Program-made: the position numbers and the translations under genes
Assembly: GCF_009914755.1 (NCBI RefSeq)
Contig: NC_060930.1
Source: the human T2T-CHM13v2.0 reference genome, Homo sapiens
Reading direction: 5' to 3' (one strand)
DNA: 64,000 nt
Shown here: piece by piece, positions 12,905-29,825 of the stretch
Layout of the letters: every line of letters begins with the position of its first letter
Numbering within the stretch: position 1 is the stretch's first letter
Notes under the pieces: generated by a model
What the model saw: the letters and a program-made list of their open reading frames with translations, nothing else
The model's database searches: none
Told to the model about the DNA's origin: nothing

Positions 12905-13413
12905 TGTGTTTGTTTTCTGTTGCTGTTATAACAAATTACCACAGACTTAATGGCTTAAAAAAACATCAATTTGTTATCCTACAGTTCTGTAGGTTAGAAG
13001 TCTACCATGGGTATCTGGACTAAATCAAACTGTCAGCTTAGCTGTGTTCCCTTCTGGGAGCTGTAGGGGAAATCTATTTCACTGCCTTTTCCAGCTTCTA
13101 CCACCACCCACATTGCTTGGCGAGTAGCTCCCATCCTTCATCTTCAAAGCTAGAAGCATAATATATCTCTCACCCTGCTTGCATCTTCACAAATCTTTCT
13201 GTAATTTTCTTTTGCTTCCATTTTAAAATTGCATGATTACATTGGTCCACCCAAATAATACAGGATGATCTCCCTCTTTTATGGTCATCTGATTAGCAAT
13301 TTTAATTTTATCTGCAACCTAAATTCACCTTTGATGTGCAATATAACATGTTCATTGGATATAAGAATTATAATGTGGACATCTTTGGAGTGGGCAATAT
13401 TCTGCTTACCACA
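12905..13413 (-). mobile_element. MLT1D-like MaLR LTR
   Basis: tgctgttataacaaattaccacagactt...cagttctgtaggttagaagtc...tattctgcttaccaca. Confidence 0.8.
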
Positions 13414-13501
13414 TTGGCCTTTTAATATTATGTATTGTATATTTTCAACTTTAATGGTGGTTTCTGAATGAGTGTCTGTTTTGAATGATATTAATAATTT
13501 T

Positions 13502-14052
13502 TGGGTAAGAGATGAGCAGGACTTGTATTCTGCACACCATTCACTACCCTGCTGATCAAAACAGGATCTGGTCAAAACAGGATGCAGTTAAGAAACCTAC
13601 TAAAACCTACTAAAACCAGCTAAAACCAAGATGGTGGTGAAAGCAACCTCTAGTTGCCCTCATTGCTCATTATATGCTAATTATAATGAATTAGCTTGCT
13701 AAAGACACTCCTACCAGTCCCATGACAGATTACAAATGCCAAGGCAATGCCCAGAACTTACCTTATGTGGTTTAAATGGGAAGGAAATCTTGGTTCTGAG
13801 AATTAGCCCCTCTTTTCTAGAATATCAATGAATAACTCACCCCTTATTTACCATAAAGGAAGGAGTTAGTATAAATATAGCCAGCCAGCAATCCATGAGT
13901 GCTACTCTACTTATGGGGTAACCCTGCTCTGTCTATGGAGCAGCCATGTTCTTCTGCTCTGTTGCTCTAATAAATTTGCTTTGCTTTCACTTTACTTTGT
14001 TGGCTGTCTACCCTCCTGGGCCTAGCCCCAGTTTTGGGATTCACTTGCATCA
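13502..14052 (+). mobile_element. MER41-family solo LTR (ERV1; C/D/E-like)
   Basis: aaaaccaagatggtggtgaaagcaacctct, gacactcctaccag, ctatggagcagccat, AATAAA; TG...CA ends. Confidence 0.85.
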
Positions 14053-14773
14053 GTTTTACCAATTTTCCTCTAGGTAGTACTTGCTTGGCATATCTTTCTA
14101 CTAATGTTTCTTCATCCAGGTGAGTTTTAGGTGTTTCTCTTGTAAGCAGATAATTGGATTTGACAGGAGACACAACTAAAGTATCTAGACAAAGAAATAT
14201 TACTAGATATTTAGTAAATATTATAGAACAATGTCAACCTATGTCTAATTGCTGTTATTCTTGTTTTAAAACATCAATGTTTATTTAGACTAACTAAGTC
14301 AATAAGTCCTTTTATTCACTCTACCCTTCATGTCCCAGACTGTTCCTCTTGGACCGTCTTTTTCTTTTATTTATTTATATATTGATTTTCTCAGTTAGTT
14401 AGTTTACTTGTTATTGAATTGCATTCAACTCCAAAGCCTGAATGGTTCAAATATTTTTTGTTCTGAACCCACTGATGCTCTAGGCATAAATGTCTCATGT
14501 CTTCAAACACTTTTCCCTTGTTTTAGAATATTCTTAAAACTTTCTTTCAGGCTGTGAAAGAAAAATGATGTTTTAAATATAACTTCAAGAACTTTTAGAG
14601 ATTATTTGTTAGGAAGTTTACAGCATTCACTATTTTCATATTGATAGAAACAGAAGTCCTAAAATAAGCTCTCACAAATTCTAGTCCATAGTTCTTCACT
14701 TTAAAACACTTTTAATTATTTTACCTTTAGTGTACCCTCATTGAGGATCTTGCCCATATATTTGATATAATTA

Positions 14774-15007
<234 letters not shown>

Positions 15008-15057
15008 TTAATACAAATAAATAATAATGTCAAAACATACATATTGCCATTCTTGAT

Positions 15058-15167
15058 TTACTTCATTGAAGTGTTTATCACAGTTATGTGCTTTTATAAA
15101 TGTGTATTAAAATTACTTCATTGAAGTGTTTATCACAGTTATGTGCTTTTATAAATGTGTATTAAAA
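15058..15167. repeat. Perfect 55-bp tandem duplication (2 copies)
   Basis: ttacttcattgaagtgtttatcacagttatgtgcttttataaatgtgtattaaaa at 15058 and 15113. Confidence 0.97.
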
Positions 15168-15178
15168 TGGCACTGGTG

Positions 15179-15499
<321 letters not shown>

Positions 15500-16277
15500 T
15501 CATTTGTGAAATCAGACCATGAATTAAATACGGAGATATCATAGCAAATATAACAAATATGTACAACAAACATATAACACATATCACAAAAGAACTGAAT
15601 TTAAAAAACCATATTTCAGACTAAGTTATGCCTATGTATCCATAAGTAAGGCATTTACATTCTCGTAAAAATAAGATTGTAAATCTTATATCACGTGGTC
15701 ACTTCAAAGCATAAATGAGATGAAGAATTTAAAAATATTATGAAAATTTTACTTATTCATTGAGGTTTAGTTAGTTCATGGATAAAATCAAGACTGTAAA
15801 CTGGACAAAAAAATAAAAGAAAATCTACCTTTTCCTGATGTAAAGTGATAAACAGTTTCTCAGTGTTAGAGTTTACCTCTTCCCTAGTGTAGGTAATATT
15901 ACCTAAACATAAATGTTTTAGAAAAAAATTATATTGAAATTTTAGAATTTCCTTTGTAGGGAAAATTATTTCTAAAAGTCTTTTTATACCATTTGCTCAT
16001 CAAATATTAGTGATCTTCGTAATTTTTTCTTTTTTTTTTTTTTTAATTGCTTCTTTTTTTAATTTTATCATTATTATACTTTAAGTTTTAGGGTACATGT
16101 GCACATTGTGCAGGTTAGTTACATATGTATACATGTGCCATGCTGGAGCACTGCACCCACTAACTCGTCATCTAGCATTAGGTATATCTCCCAATGCTAT
16201 CCCTCCCCCCTCCCTCCACCCCACAACAGTCCCCAGAGTGTGATATTCCCCTTCCTGTGTCCATGTGATCTCATTGT

Positions 16278-20097
<3,820 letters not shown>

Positions 20098-20160
20098 TAT
20101 GGTGTTAGCTGGTTATTTTGCTCATTAGTTGATGCAGTTTCTTCCTAGTCCCGATGGTCT

Positions 20161-21177
20161 TTACAATTTGGCATGATTTTGCAGCGGCTGGTACCGGTTG
20201 TTCCTTTCCATATTTAGCACTTCCTTCAGGAGCTCTTTTAGGGCAGGCCTGGTGGTGACAAAATCTCTCAGCATTTGCTTGTCTGTAAAGGATTTTATTT
20301 CTCCTTCACTTATGAAGCTTAGTTTGGCTGGATATGAAATTCTGGGTTGAAAATTCTTTTCTTTAAGAATGTTGAATATTGGCCCCCACTCTCTTCTGAC
20401 TTGTAGGGTTTCTGCCGAGAGATCCGCTGTTAGTCTGATGGGCTTCCCTTTGAGGGTAACCCGACCTTTCTCTCTGGCTGCCCTTAACATTTTTTCCTTC
20501 ATTTCAACTTTGGTGAATCTGACAATTATGTGTCTTGGAGTTGCTCTTCTCAAGGAGTATCTTTGTGGCGTTCTCTGTATTTCCTGAATCTGAACGTTGG
20601 CCTGCCTTGCTAGATTGGGGAAGTTCTCCTGGATAATATCCTGCAGAGTGTTTTCCAACTTGGTTCCATTCTCCCCATCACTTTCAGGAACACCAATCAG
20701 ACGTAGATTTGGTCTTTTCACATAGTCCCATATTTCTTGGAGGCTTTGCTCATTTCTTTTTACTCTTTTTTCTCTAGACTTCCCTTCTCGCTTCATTTCA
20801 TGCATTTCATCTTCCATCGCTGATACCCTTTCTTCCAGTTGATCGCATCGGTTCCTGAGGCTTCTGCATTCTTCACGTAGTTCTCGAGCCTTGGTTTTCA
20901 GCTCCATCAGCTCCTTTAAGCACTTCTCTGTATTGGTTATTCTAGTTATACATTCTTCTAAATTTTTTTCAAAGTTTTCAACTTCTTTGCCTTTGGTTTG
21001 AATGTCCTCCCGTAGCTCAGAGTAATTTGATCGTCTGAAGCCTTCTTCTCTCAGCTCGTCAAAGTCATTCTCCATCCAGCTTTGTTCTGTTGCTGGTGAG
21101 GAACTGCGTTCCTTTGGAGGAGGAGAGGCGCTCTGCTTTTTAGAGTTTACAGTTTTTCTGTTTTGTTTTTTCCCCAT
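20161..21177 (-). CDS. ORF1: L1 ORF1p (p40 RNA-binding chaperone), intact 338 aa
   Basis: MGKKQNRK start, coiled coil, RRM, REKG, RR and YPAKLS motifs, canonical length. Confidence 0.95.
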   Translation of the reverse strand: MGKKQNRKTVNSKKQSASPPPKERSSSPATEQSWMENDFDELREEGFRRSNYSELREDIQTKGKEVENFEKNLEECITRITNTEKCLKELMELKTKARELREECRSLRNRCDQLEERVSAMEDEMHEMKREGKSREKRVKRNEQSLQEIWDYVKRPNLRLIGVPESDGENGTKLENTLQDIIQENFPNLARQANVQIQEIQRTPQRYSLRRATPRHIIVRFTKVEMKEKMLRAAREKGRVTLKGKPIRLTADLSAETLQVRREWGPIFNILKEKNFQPRISYPAKLSFISEGEIKSFTDKQMLRDFVTTRPALKELLKEVLNMERNNRYQPLQNHAKL

Positions 21178-22083
21178 CTTTGTGGTTTTATCTACTTTTG
21201 GGCTTTGATGATGGTGATGTACAGATGGGTTTTTGGTGTGGATGCCCTTTCTGTTTGTTAGTTTTCCTTCTAACAGACAGGACCCTCAGCTGCAGGTCTG
21301 TTGGAATACCCTGCCATGTGAGGTGTCAGTGTGCCCCTGCTGGGGGGTGCCTCCCAGTTAGGCTGCTCGGGGGTCAGGGGTCAGGGACCCACTTGAGGAG
21401 GCAGTCTGCCCGTTCTCAGATCTCCAGCTGTGTGCTGGGAGAACCACTGCTCTCTTTAAAGCTGTCACACAGGGACATTTAAGTCTAGAAGTTACTGCTG
21501 TCTTTTTGTTTGTCTGTGCCCTGTCCCCAGAGGTGGAGCCTACAGAGGCAGGCAGGCCTCCTTGAGCTGTGGTGGGCTCCACCCAGTTCAAGCTTCCCAG
21601 CTGCTTTGTTTACCTAATCAAGCCTGGGCAATGGCGGGCGCCCCTCCCCCAGCCTCGCTGCCGCCTTGCAGTTTGATCTCACACTGCTGTGCTAGCAATC
21701 AGTGAGACTCCGTGGGCGTAGGACCCTCCAAGCCAGGTGAGGGATATAATCTTGTGTTGAGCCGTTTTTTAAGCCCCTCGGAAAAGCGCAGTATTCGGGT
21801 GGGAGTGACCCGATTTTCCAGGTGCCTTCCATCACCCCTTTCTTTGACCCCGAAAGGGAACTCCCTGACCCCTTGCGCTTCCCGAGTGAGGCAATCCCTC
21901 CCCCTGCTTCGGCTGGCGCCTGGTGCGCGCACCCACTGACCTGCGCCCACTGTCTGGCACTCCCTAGTGAGATGAACCCGGTACCTCAGATGGAAATGCG
22001 GAAATCACCTGTCTTCTCCGTGGCTCAGGTTGGGAGCTGTAGACTGGAGCTGTTCCTATTCGGCCATATTGGCTCCTCCCCTC
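21178..22083 (-). promoter_or_regulatory. L1 5'UTR: internal sense promoter plus antisense promoter, CpG-rich
   Basis: Canonical L1PA 5'UTR sequence with many retained CpGs; promoter function inferred from family knowledge. Confidence 0.8.
21631..21705 (+). pseudogene. ORF0: L1 antisense ORF0, truncated after 24 codons
   Basis: MAGAPPPASLPPCSLISHCCASNQ then TGA at 21703-21705; the rest of ORF0 (VGVGPS...) continues in frame. Confidence 0.85.
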
Positions 22084-22339
22084 CAGCTTTTTGACTCTTG
22101 GACTTATACCAGTGGTTTGCCAGGGGCTCTCAGGCCTTTGGCCGCAGACTGAAGGCTGCATTATTGGCTTCCCTACTTTTGAGGTTTTGGAACTTGGACT
22201 GGCCTCCTTGCTCCTCAGCTTACAGACGGCCTATTGTGGGACTTCACCTTGTGATCATGTGAGTCAATACTCCTTAATGAACTCCTCTTCATATATACAT
22301 CTATTCTATTAGTTCCTCTAGAGAACCCTGACTAATACA
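22084..22339 (+). mobile_element. MLT2A1 LTR (HERV-L), 3' half only
   Basis: gactcttggactta...cagactgaaggctgc...ccttgtgatcatgtgagtcaatactcc...gagaaccctgactaataca. Confidence 0.9.
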
Positions 22340-22684
22340 TACTCCAGTGGTTTGTCACCTCCTAAAGAGCTAAAAGTACTACTAATCAAATTAACAAATC
22401 AAATTTTAAGTGATAGTAGGTATTACAGAATTTGTAGGTGCTTACTCCTAAAGGAGAGGGAAGAGTATTTGGTTATCTCACTTAACATATTTTAAACAAT
22501 TATGAGGCTAAGACTGACAAATCTCATATTTGCCAGGACAAAATTATTATAGCCAATGTACTTCCCTTTATATTTTATGTTTAGTACAATAAAGTTCTAT
22601 CTGCTTTAAATATGCTGTATAATACTTTTCCTCTACATGAACACCATGAATAGCTTATTTCCAATTTTATGTAAGTATTTACTT

Positions 22685-22906
22685 ATTTTTTTTTTTTAAT
22701 TTTGAGACAAAGTGTTGCTCTGCTTCCCAGGCTGGAGTGCAATGGCATGACTCACTGCAACCTATGCCTCCTGAGTTCCAACAAGTTTCCTGCCTCAGCC
22801 TCCTGCGTAGCTGGGATTACAGGCACCCGCCACCTTGCCTGGCTAGTTTTGGTATTTTTTAATAGAGATGGGGTTTCACCATGTTGGCCAGGCTGGCTTC
22901 AAATTC
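22685..22906 (-). mobile_element. 5'-truncated AluS
   Basis: Right arm plus part of left arm; TSD agtattt(a/g)ctt. Confidence 0.9.
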
Positions 22907-24974
22907 AGTATTTGCTTTTTTAAGACTGTATTTTTAGTACTTTTGAAAATTGCTGCCACAAATAATTATTTAGATAATAATGCTTATATTTATACTAATA
23001 AGCTTTTATGGTAAATTGTTTATTGCCATTTTATTCGAAGTTTATTATTAGATTACTTCTAATTTCCTATGGATATATAAAAATATAGATTGCAAAAAAC
23101 ATTGCTACTCGATAAAAGTTTACTTAAAGTTGTGGATTGTGGTCATATTTTCTACAATATGTTTACTTGGCTTTTATTTTAAATAGATATGTAAAAAATA
23201 AAATAATATAAGACAGTGATACTAACGTAAGGTAATATAATCTTCATGAAAAAGGAGACAGCATAATCTCGGGATATATTGAGTGTTCAGTCTATTAATA
23301 TAATCAAAACAAAATCAAAACCAAAACCAGCCAAAATAAACAAAAAAAACCTTAATTGAACATCAGAAAGTTTCCAAAATAATACATGCTTAAATGTTTT
23401 ATTATGTTTATTTAACTGTTTGGAAACATTTTCTGATATTCTTCTGCTTTCATGTGCATTTTTTCTACTATGGCAGTAATGTCTTTGAGGAATTTTGAAA
23501 CAAGCATATATCTATTTTTGCTTTTTTAAGCCATGTTATATAAACTATATTTTTTAATGTTTACAAATTTATTTTGTTAAAGTAGGTCTACTATTTGCTC
23601 TATAACTGGAGAATCTAATGCATCCATGAATCTCTGTCCTCTCCTAAGGCCTTTGTTAAGAATAGTAATAGTATTATGTTGGCCATTTGTTAGTGGTTAT
23701 GGTGAGGCCTTGAAGGGCAGAGAAGAAAGATGTTTGCTGTGTTTATTAAATATCATTCCTTTCCTAAAATACTCAGATTCATTGCTGCTAGTTCTCCTAT
23801 TTTAATGTTTCTAAAAAATGTTTCCAATAGGGATTTTTAGTTATTTACTTTTTAGAAATTGGCATATTGAGTTTCCATATTTGAATGAAATATGTTTATG
23901 TAAATAAATACCTCTACAAATAGTATAAAAAGTAAATGAATACATTTGATATATGAGGCATTGTTTTCACATATTTAATAAAGCATATAATAGATAATCT
24001 TGCATTTTGATGATTTCTATAATCATTAAATAATATATCTTTGTGTTTTTAATTGTTGACATATAGCCCAATTCAACAATCATATGTATTTATGGATAAC
24101 ATGAATTATTTGGTTCAGTGTGACATGAGTTAATAATTCGACTGATGTCTATATCAAAATCAAATGATGATTAAAATAAAGTTAAGCAGAAACATTTATA
24201 AAAATATTTTAAATATTAGTTTTTTTAGTTAAATAATACAGATATAAAACAATCCTACTAACATGTATTAATTAACATAAATTATATTTCAGTTAATAAT
24301 TTATATGACAATTTATTCACAACTATGAAACATTTCATTATTATTGTAATTCTAAAAAAAAAAGTGAGGTATGAGATTATATTAGAAAGGAAGCTACATA
24401 CCTGTGCTTTGGCCTACCATTAATGATTGCCCTAGATTGATGACATCTTTATTTTGTATTTGTATTGAATAATATGAGTCATTCCTGATTTTAAAAGTAA
24501 TTCCTAATTTAAAAGTTCATATTGACATGGTACCAAGAATTACAAAATAATTATTTACATATAAGAGTTTATAAAATCACTAAGATAGCCTATTTAGCAA
24601 CTAACATTTATTTATATAGTATTGAAGTTAGTTCATATTTAATTTAAAATGTAATTTAAACCTACTTAAATAGCCAAAAAATGCATATGTTCTACACATT
24701 CCAGGAAATTCAGTTTGCAGCTATTTGATGTATTTGAATATAATATTTTTAATTAATTGTAATTGCCCTTTTTAGGGTAAAAAATTATTTTGAAAGTTTT
24801 GCATAGAGATTCAATTGCAATAATTTATTGGGCTAAAATTTAAAGATAATAAGAAAATAAAAAACTAGTATGATTTTCAAAATGTAAAAAGGGAACAATT
24901 GAATGACTTTAGCAGAGAAAAAATATATATAAAAAGAAAGCAATTTTTTTAACAGAATAAAGGCAAAATAAGAT

Positions 24975-25340
24975 GCGCTTTCAGAGCTTCTTAATGCTGG
25001 GCTCAGAAGTTTCAGTATGATAATTTTTCCACCATCTCTTTATCATAGTAGTCCCATACCTCAAGCCGGGTTCAATAGGAGGGAAAGTAAGTTTCATCTC
25101 TTAAGTGAGCATCAAGTACAAAAATAGGTGCAGATGTTTTTTTGGTCGTCTCTGGAAACTAGCCATCACATTCTACTCCCTGAAAAAAACTATTCCTATT
25201 TTTCCCCTGTGCAAAATAAATCGTGTCTCCATCCCAAGACTCAAATTCATCTTCAATTATGGCATCAACTCAAAATCCATTATCTTGTCATGTAAATCAA
25301 ATCCAGATGAAAATTAAGCTTTTCAGGAATTGTTCCATAG
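24975..25340 (-). mobile_element. MLT1 (H/J-like) LTR fragment plus MLT1 internal sequence
   Basis: ggctcagaagt...ggaaactagccatcaca followed by caattatggcatcaactcaaaatcca. Confidence 0.55.
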
Positions 25341-26966
25341 AAGCAGCTCTTTCGGGTATGTTTCATTTTATTAAAAGTAATTTCTAAAATATTAGAAAAT
25401 ATAACTCATAAAATTATACAATAAGTACATTCAATTGACTTGATTTTATTTATTAGCTAATGATGTAATCAATAAGATGTTAAAAATGGTTCTTATAAGA
25501 CTTCAGCTAATTATTCATAGACAATTTAATGAAAATATGTTAGAATAAGATTATTGGGTTACCATCCAAGAGGGGAGTAACCTGTGTGTACCCTTTAGGC
25601 TTATCTTTTCGTAAAGAAAGAAGATATTGAGATCTTTACTAATCAAAAATTTCTAAGTTAATATTTACCCCTCCCAAGTTGTAAAATCATTCAATTAAAA
25701 ATCCAATCAGAGTTTCAAACCCAACACTGCATGGGAGAAAAATCTAGTAATCTTTTCCTATTTTCATGTTTTGGATAATTCTCAAAAACAGTAAATTTGA
25801 TTACCTGTGGAGGGAAAAAACAGAGAAACAAGTTATCTGCCCCTACCTTTATGAGAAAAATGGCACATGAGGAACAATAAAACTGCAGGAGATACTCTAT
25901 TATAAAGAAGGAACATGGGAGACACAGAGTAGTCACACACAATTCTGACACTTTGGAGTCCTTAATTAAGGACCAGTTCTGATCTCTAGCAGTGGTTCCT
26001 CATGACTTTTGGCTGAGATCTCTGGGCACTTAATTCTACATTGTGAATCATTCTTCACATCCCCAATAAGTGGCCCATGTTTTCACAGAATGTCTTTTGC
26101 AGCCCATTTGCTGGCTGTAGAGATTTGAGAGACAAGAGACTTCTCTGGTTAGTTTACATAAATCTGGCACTTTAAAAACTTTTTGAGATTTTTTATTAGC
26201 AAATTATAATCACCTCAGTTAGACAAAATGCACTCCCAGTTTTTTTCCAAGACAATATATTCTCTACCATGTATTACACATAAAGTTTAAATAGGTTAAT
26301 TACCTATTAGAAGTGAATACTTTAGAAGTGAATCACTTCTACAGTATTAGGAATACAGCTACTTATTTGAGCAGGTCCAGGTTTCATACCCCTAGGATTC
26401 TTAGAAGTGTTTTGGCCAAAATAATAGAGACAATGAGGTAACATCTTAAATCTTCCTGAGGTCATGACAGTAAGTCTGAATTTTACCATGAGATCATATC
26501 TTCCTAGCAGTCTGTTAGATCTGAGCTCTACCCTAAGGCCTTTTTTTTTTTTTTTTTTTTTTTGCAATGGTAATATTTTACTACCTAGAAAGCTCAGGAG
26601 GAAGAAGATAATTTTATGTTTATTTATATTTCACCTAGATTCTGCCTAAAAACATTTTACTACATACAAATAAAAGAAGCTCATTGATATTTTAAATTTT
26701 AGGCTTGGAAATTTATTTAGCACAATCCATAATTTTTTTAGGTACTCTTTCTATCTTCCATGTTACCTCTGGTAAGAATTTTGCTAACTGTCCTGCTAGT
26801 ATATAACAGGTCTGGCTTAAATACAATTTCTTCTTCATTTTTCAAATACTCACTAACAGTATCTTTCAGACCCTTCCTGGTTCTATCTGATGCTTACACT
26901 TTGACCCAGTGAAACAATATGTTTTCAGTATTTCTTTGACATCACCTTATTCTAGATACAAAATTC

Positions 26967-27482
26967 TGTTTTATGGTCTATGGCCCCATAAAAAATCACC
27001 ACAAAATTTAATGGCCCAAACCCATTATTGCTTATATCTCACAATTCCATAGATTGGCTGAGCTGAGTTGGATAGTTTCCCTAATGGTCTCACTTTAAAT
27101 TTCTTATGTGATTGCATTCAGATGGCGGCAGGAGCTCTGCCTGAGGTTAGATATCTGAAACTTCAGAAGTCCCCTGTAGTCCTCTCTCTCCATATGGTAT
27201 TTCATTCTCCAGGACCTCTCCATGTAGCCTCTGTCACTAACAGGGTAGCCTGGGGTTATTACTTGTCTACTCAGAGCTTCAAATAGCAGAATGCGGGAGC
27301 TTTGAAGTTTTCTTAATGCCTGGACTTGAAATGTTACTTCCTTCACATTTAATTGGCCAAAATATTCAAAGGTTCAGCAGCTGTGGGGAAGTGTCATAGG
27401 TCTCTTTCTTAATGTGAGAGGGAGAATGTGTCTATACAGAAAGTAATACTTGTCAGAGGTCATATATTGAACCTAGCCAGAG
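26967..27482 (-). mobile_element. MLT1 (G/H-like) MaLR LTR
   Basis: caccacaaaatttaatggc...tctcacaattcc...ctctctccatatggt. Confidence 0.6.
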
Positions 27483-27620
27483 AAGTTAGAATCGAATCTA
27501 AACTTGTATGCAGAAGTCTCTGCTGATTATAATAGCAGCAGCTGATTGTTAATTTGAGGTCAAATGCGTGAAAAACTGAGAAGCTCAGAAGAACGTTTAA
27601 CTCACTTAAAGATTAATATG

Positions 27621-27803
27621 CGGGCAGGTGTGGTGGCACACACCTGTAAGCGTAATCCCAATTACTCAGGAGGCTGAGACAGGAGAATCCTTTGAACTTC
27701 GGAGGCGGAGATTGCAGTAAGCTGAGATCGTGCCACTGCACTGCACTGTGGCGTGGTGACAGCGAGACTCTGTCTAAAAAAAAAAAAAAAAGAAAAAAAA
27801 AAG
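27621..27803 (+). mobile_element. Alu right arm (5'-truncated AluS)
   Basis: ggtgtggtggcacacacctgta...gagactctgtct followed by poly-A. Confidence 0.9.
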
Positions 27804-28039
27804 ACATGTTCAAAATTTTTACTCAAAGAGCAATGGGTAAGAGGCATGTTAAACATCTCAGGTTTTGCTTTTTGGTCATAGAAATAATTGTGAACTAAAG
27901 ACTGATCTTAAAGGGCCTGAAGCTCAATTTAGAGCCAATCTCACCTTTTGAATTAAGATAATACTACTGAGTCTATTTGCTTTATGGAAATGTACATAAG
28001 AAAAAGTATTATCAAGAGTTCCAACTTACCTGCACAATT

Positions 28040-29812
28040 TTTCATATTCAGTATGTGACATCCAATTAAATAACAACCAAACATACAAGGAGGCATGAAT
28101 AGATGAATGAAACTTAGGTATGACAACAGACAATATGGATAGAAACACTGATACAGAAAATGGAGTATCATATGAGAAATATAAAGTAGCCATGCTTGAA
28201 GTTTAAATAAATGAAAAACAAATCAGTTTAATAATTTAGGCAAATAGTAAACCAGAAAAAAAATGAAAAATGCAGAATAGAATTAATAACTCAATGGATG
28301 GGTTTGACAAGAGAACAGACAAACATTATAAGCTAAATCATGCATTGGAAGATATTTAACAGAAAGTATTCAACAGATGCAAGGAGAAGAAAAAAATTGA
28401 AGTGTATAGTACACAGAGAATATAGGAAAAAGCCTTGAGATACCTCTACACAGAGTCTTAAAAATAGAAAAAAAAAGTTTAAGAGAAAATAGCTGAGAAT
28501 AGTTGTAATTGTTAACACACAAGTATCAAAGAATATGTTACAAAAGAGAACAATACCAAACCAGGATAAACAAAAGGAGCATTACATTCAGGCATATAAC
28601 AAAACTGTTGAAGAACAAAAGCAAATAAATTTTTAAAATAACTAGGGGGAAATGTATGCTATCATTGAAAGCAAAAATAAGTCTAAAACCTTATTTTTAA
28701 ACTTAGCAAATAATAAGTAAAAGCCAGAGGCATAGAATAATTTCATAAATATATGGTGAAAAAAAATGTGCTTACCGAAAATGCTACATTCAGAAAAAAA
28801 CAAACTTCAGGAATAAAAATGAGATGAATATTTTCAGACCAAACCCCACAAACACACACAAAATTAAAAAACAAACAAACAAACAAACAGAAAACAGTCA
28901 ATCAATTCAGTATATGAACAGGGGATCCACATTCAAGAATAAATGAATTTTCTTTTTGGTGGCGGCATGAGAAGGGCAGCGCAGAAACCCATGATTTCAG
29001 GTGGAAACTCAGGCATAGAGCAAAAATAAACAATAAAAGGTAAAAATTTGTGTAAATATAAATATTGGCCATGTAAACAATTGTAATAATGTCATTCTGA
29101 GTTTACAATTTAAAGATGAGTGTACAATCTCATAATGCCATTCAGGAAGAAGGGAAATAGAATGGAAATGTTCTAAGTTAATTACATTCTCCTTGAAGGG
29201 GCAAAAGTAATAATTTATATTCCACTTCGAATATTTAAAGATGCATGTTTTCATCTCCAGGGCAATTACTATAATAAAAAATGTAAAATTGTTATAATAT
29301 ACAAAGAAATGTAATATTAAAATATATTCTAAGATGAGAAAAAATAACATGAAGAAAATTTACAAACCAGTTTATGACAGTAGTTTGTTCATTTAAAAGA
29401 AGTGGATGAATCTCTATAAAAATAATACTTCTCATCCTGAAAAAAAAGACTATAGGGTGCAAATTACTAGATTTATACAATTTAAAAATTCTATATGTAA
29501 ATAAAATATTTTCCACAATTAAGCATACACATAAGATAGGTGCAAGCAGTTGCAATCTTGGGCATTTACCCCAGATAAATGAGTACTGTTTTTTAAAGAA
29601 AAACTCCATACATGAATATTTACAGTAGATTCATTTCTAATTTTAAAAACTGAAAACAATAAAAATATACATTATCAGGTAAGTAGGTAAAGTGTGATAG
29701 ATCAATACTGCAAATACTATTTAGCAATATAAAATAAAGACTTAAGTAATAATACATGAAACAATTTGTGTGTATTGTAAAGGCATTTTCCTCAGTGAAA
29801 AAAGCAAATTTC
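28040..29812 (+). mobile_element. Old L1M/HAL1 fragments (ORF1 region, inter-ORF region and a 3' end)
   Basis: A-rich strand with aactcaatggatgggtt, aagatgcatgttttcatctccagggc and ttgggcatttaccccaga. Confidence 0.55.
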
Positions 29813-29825
29813 ACTTTAAAAAAAT

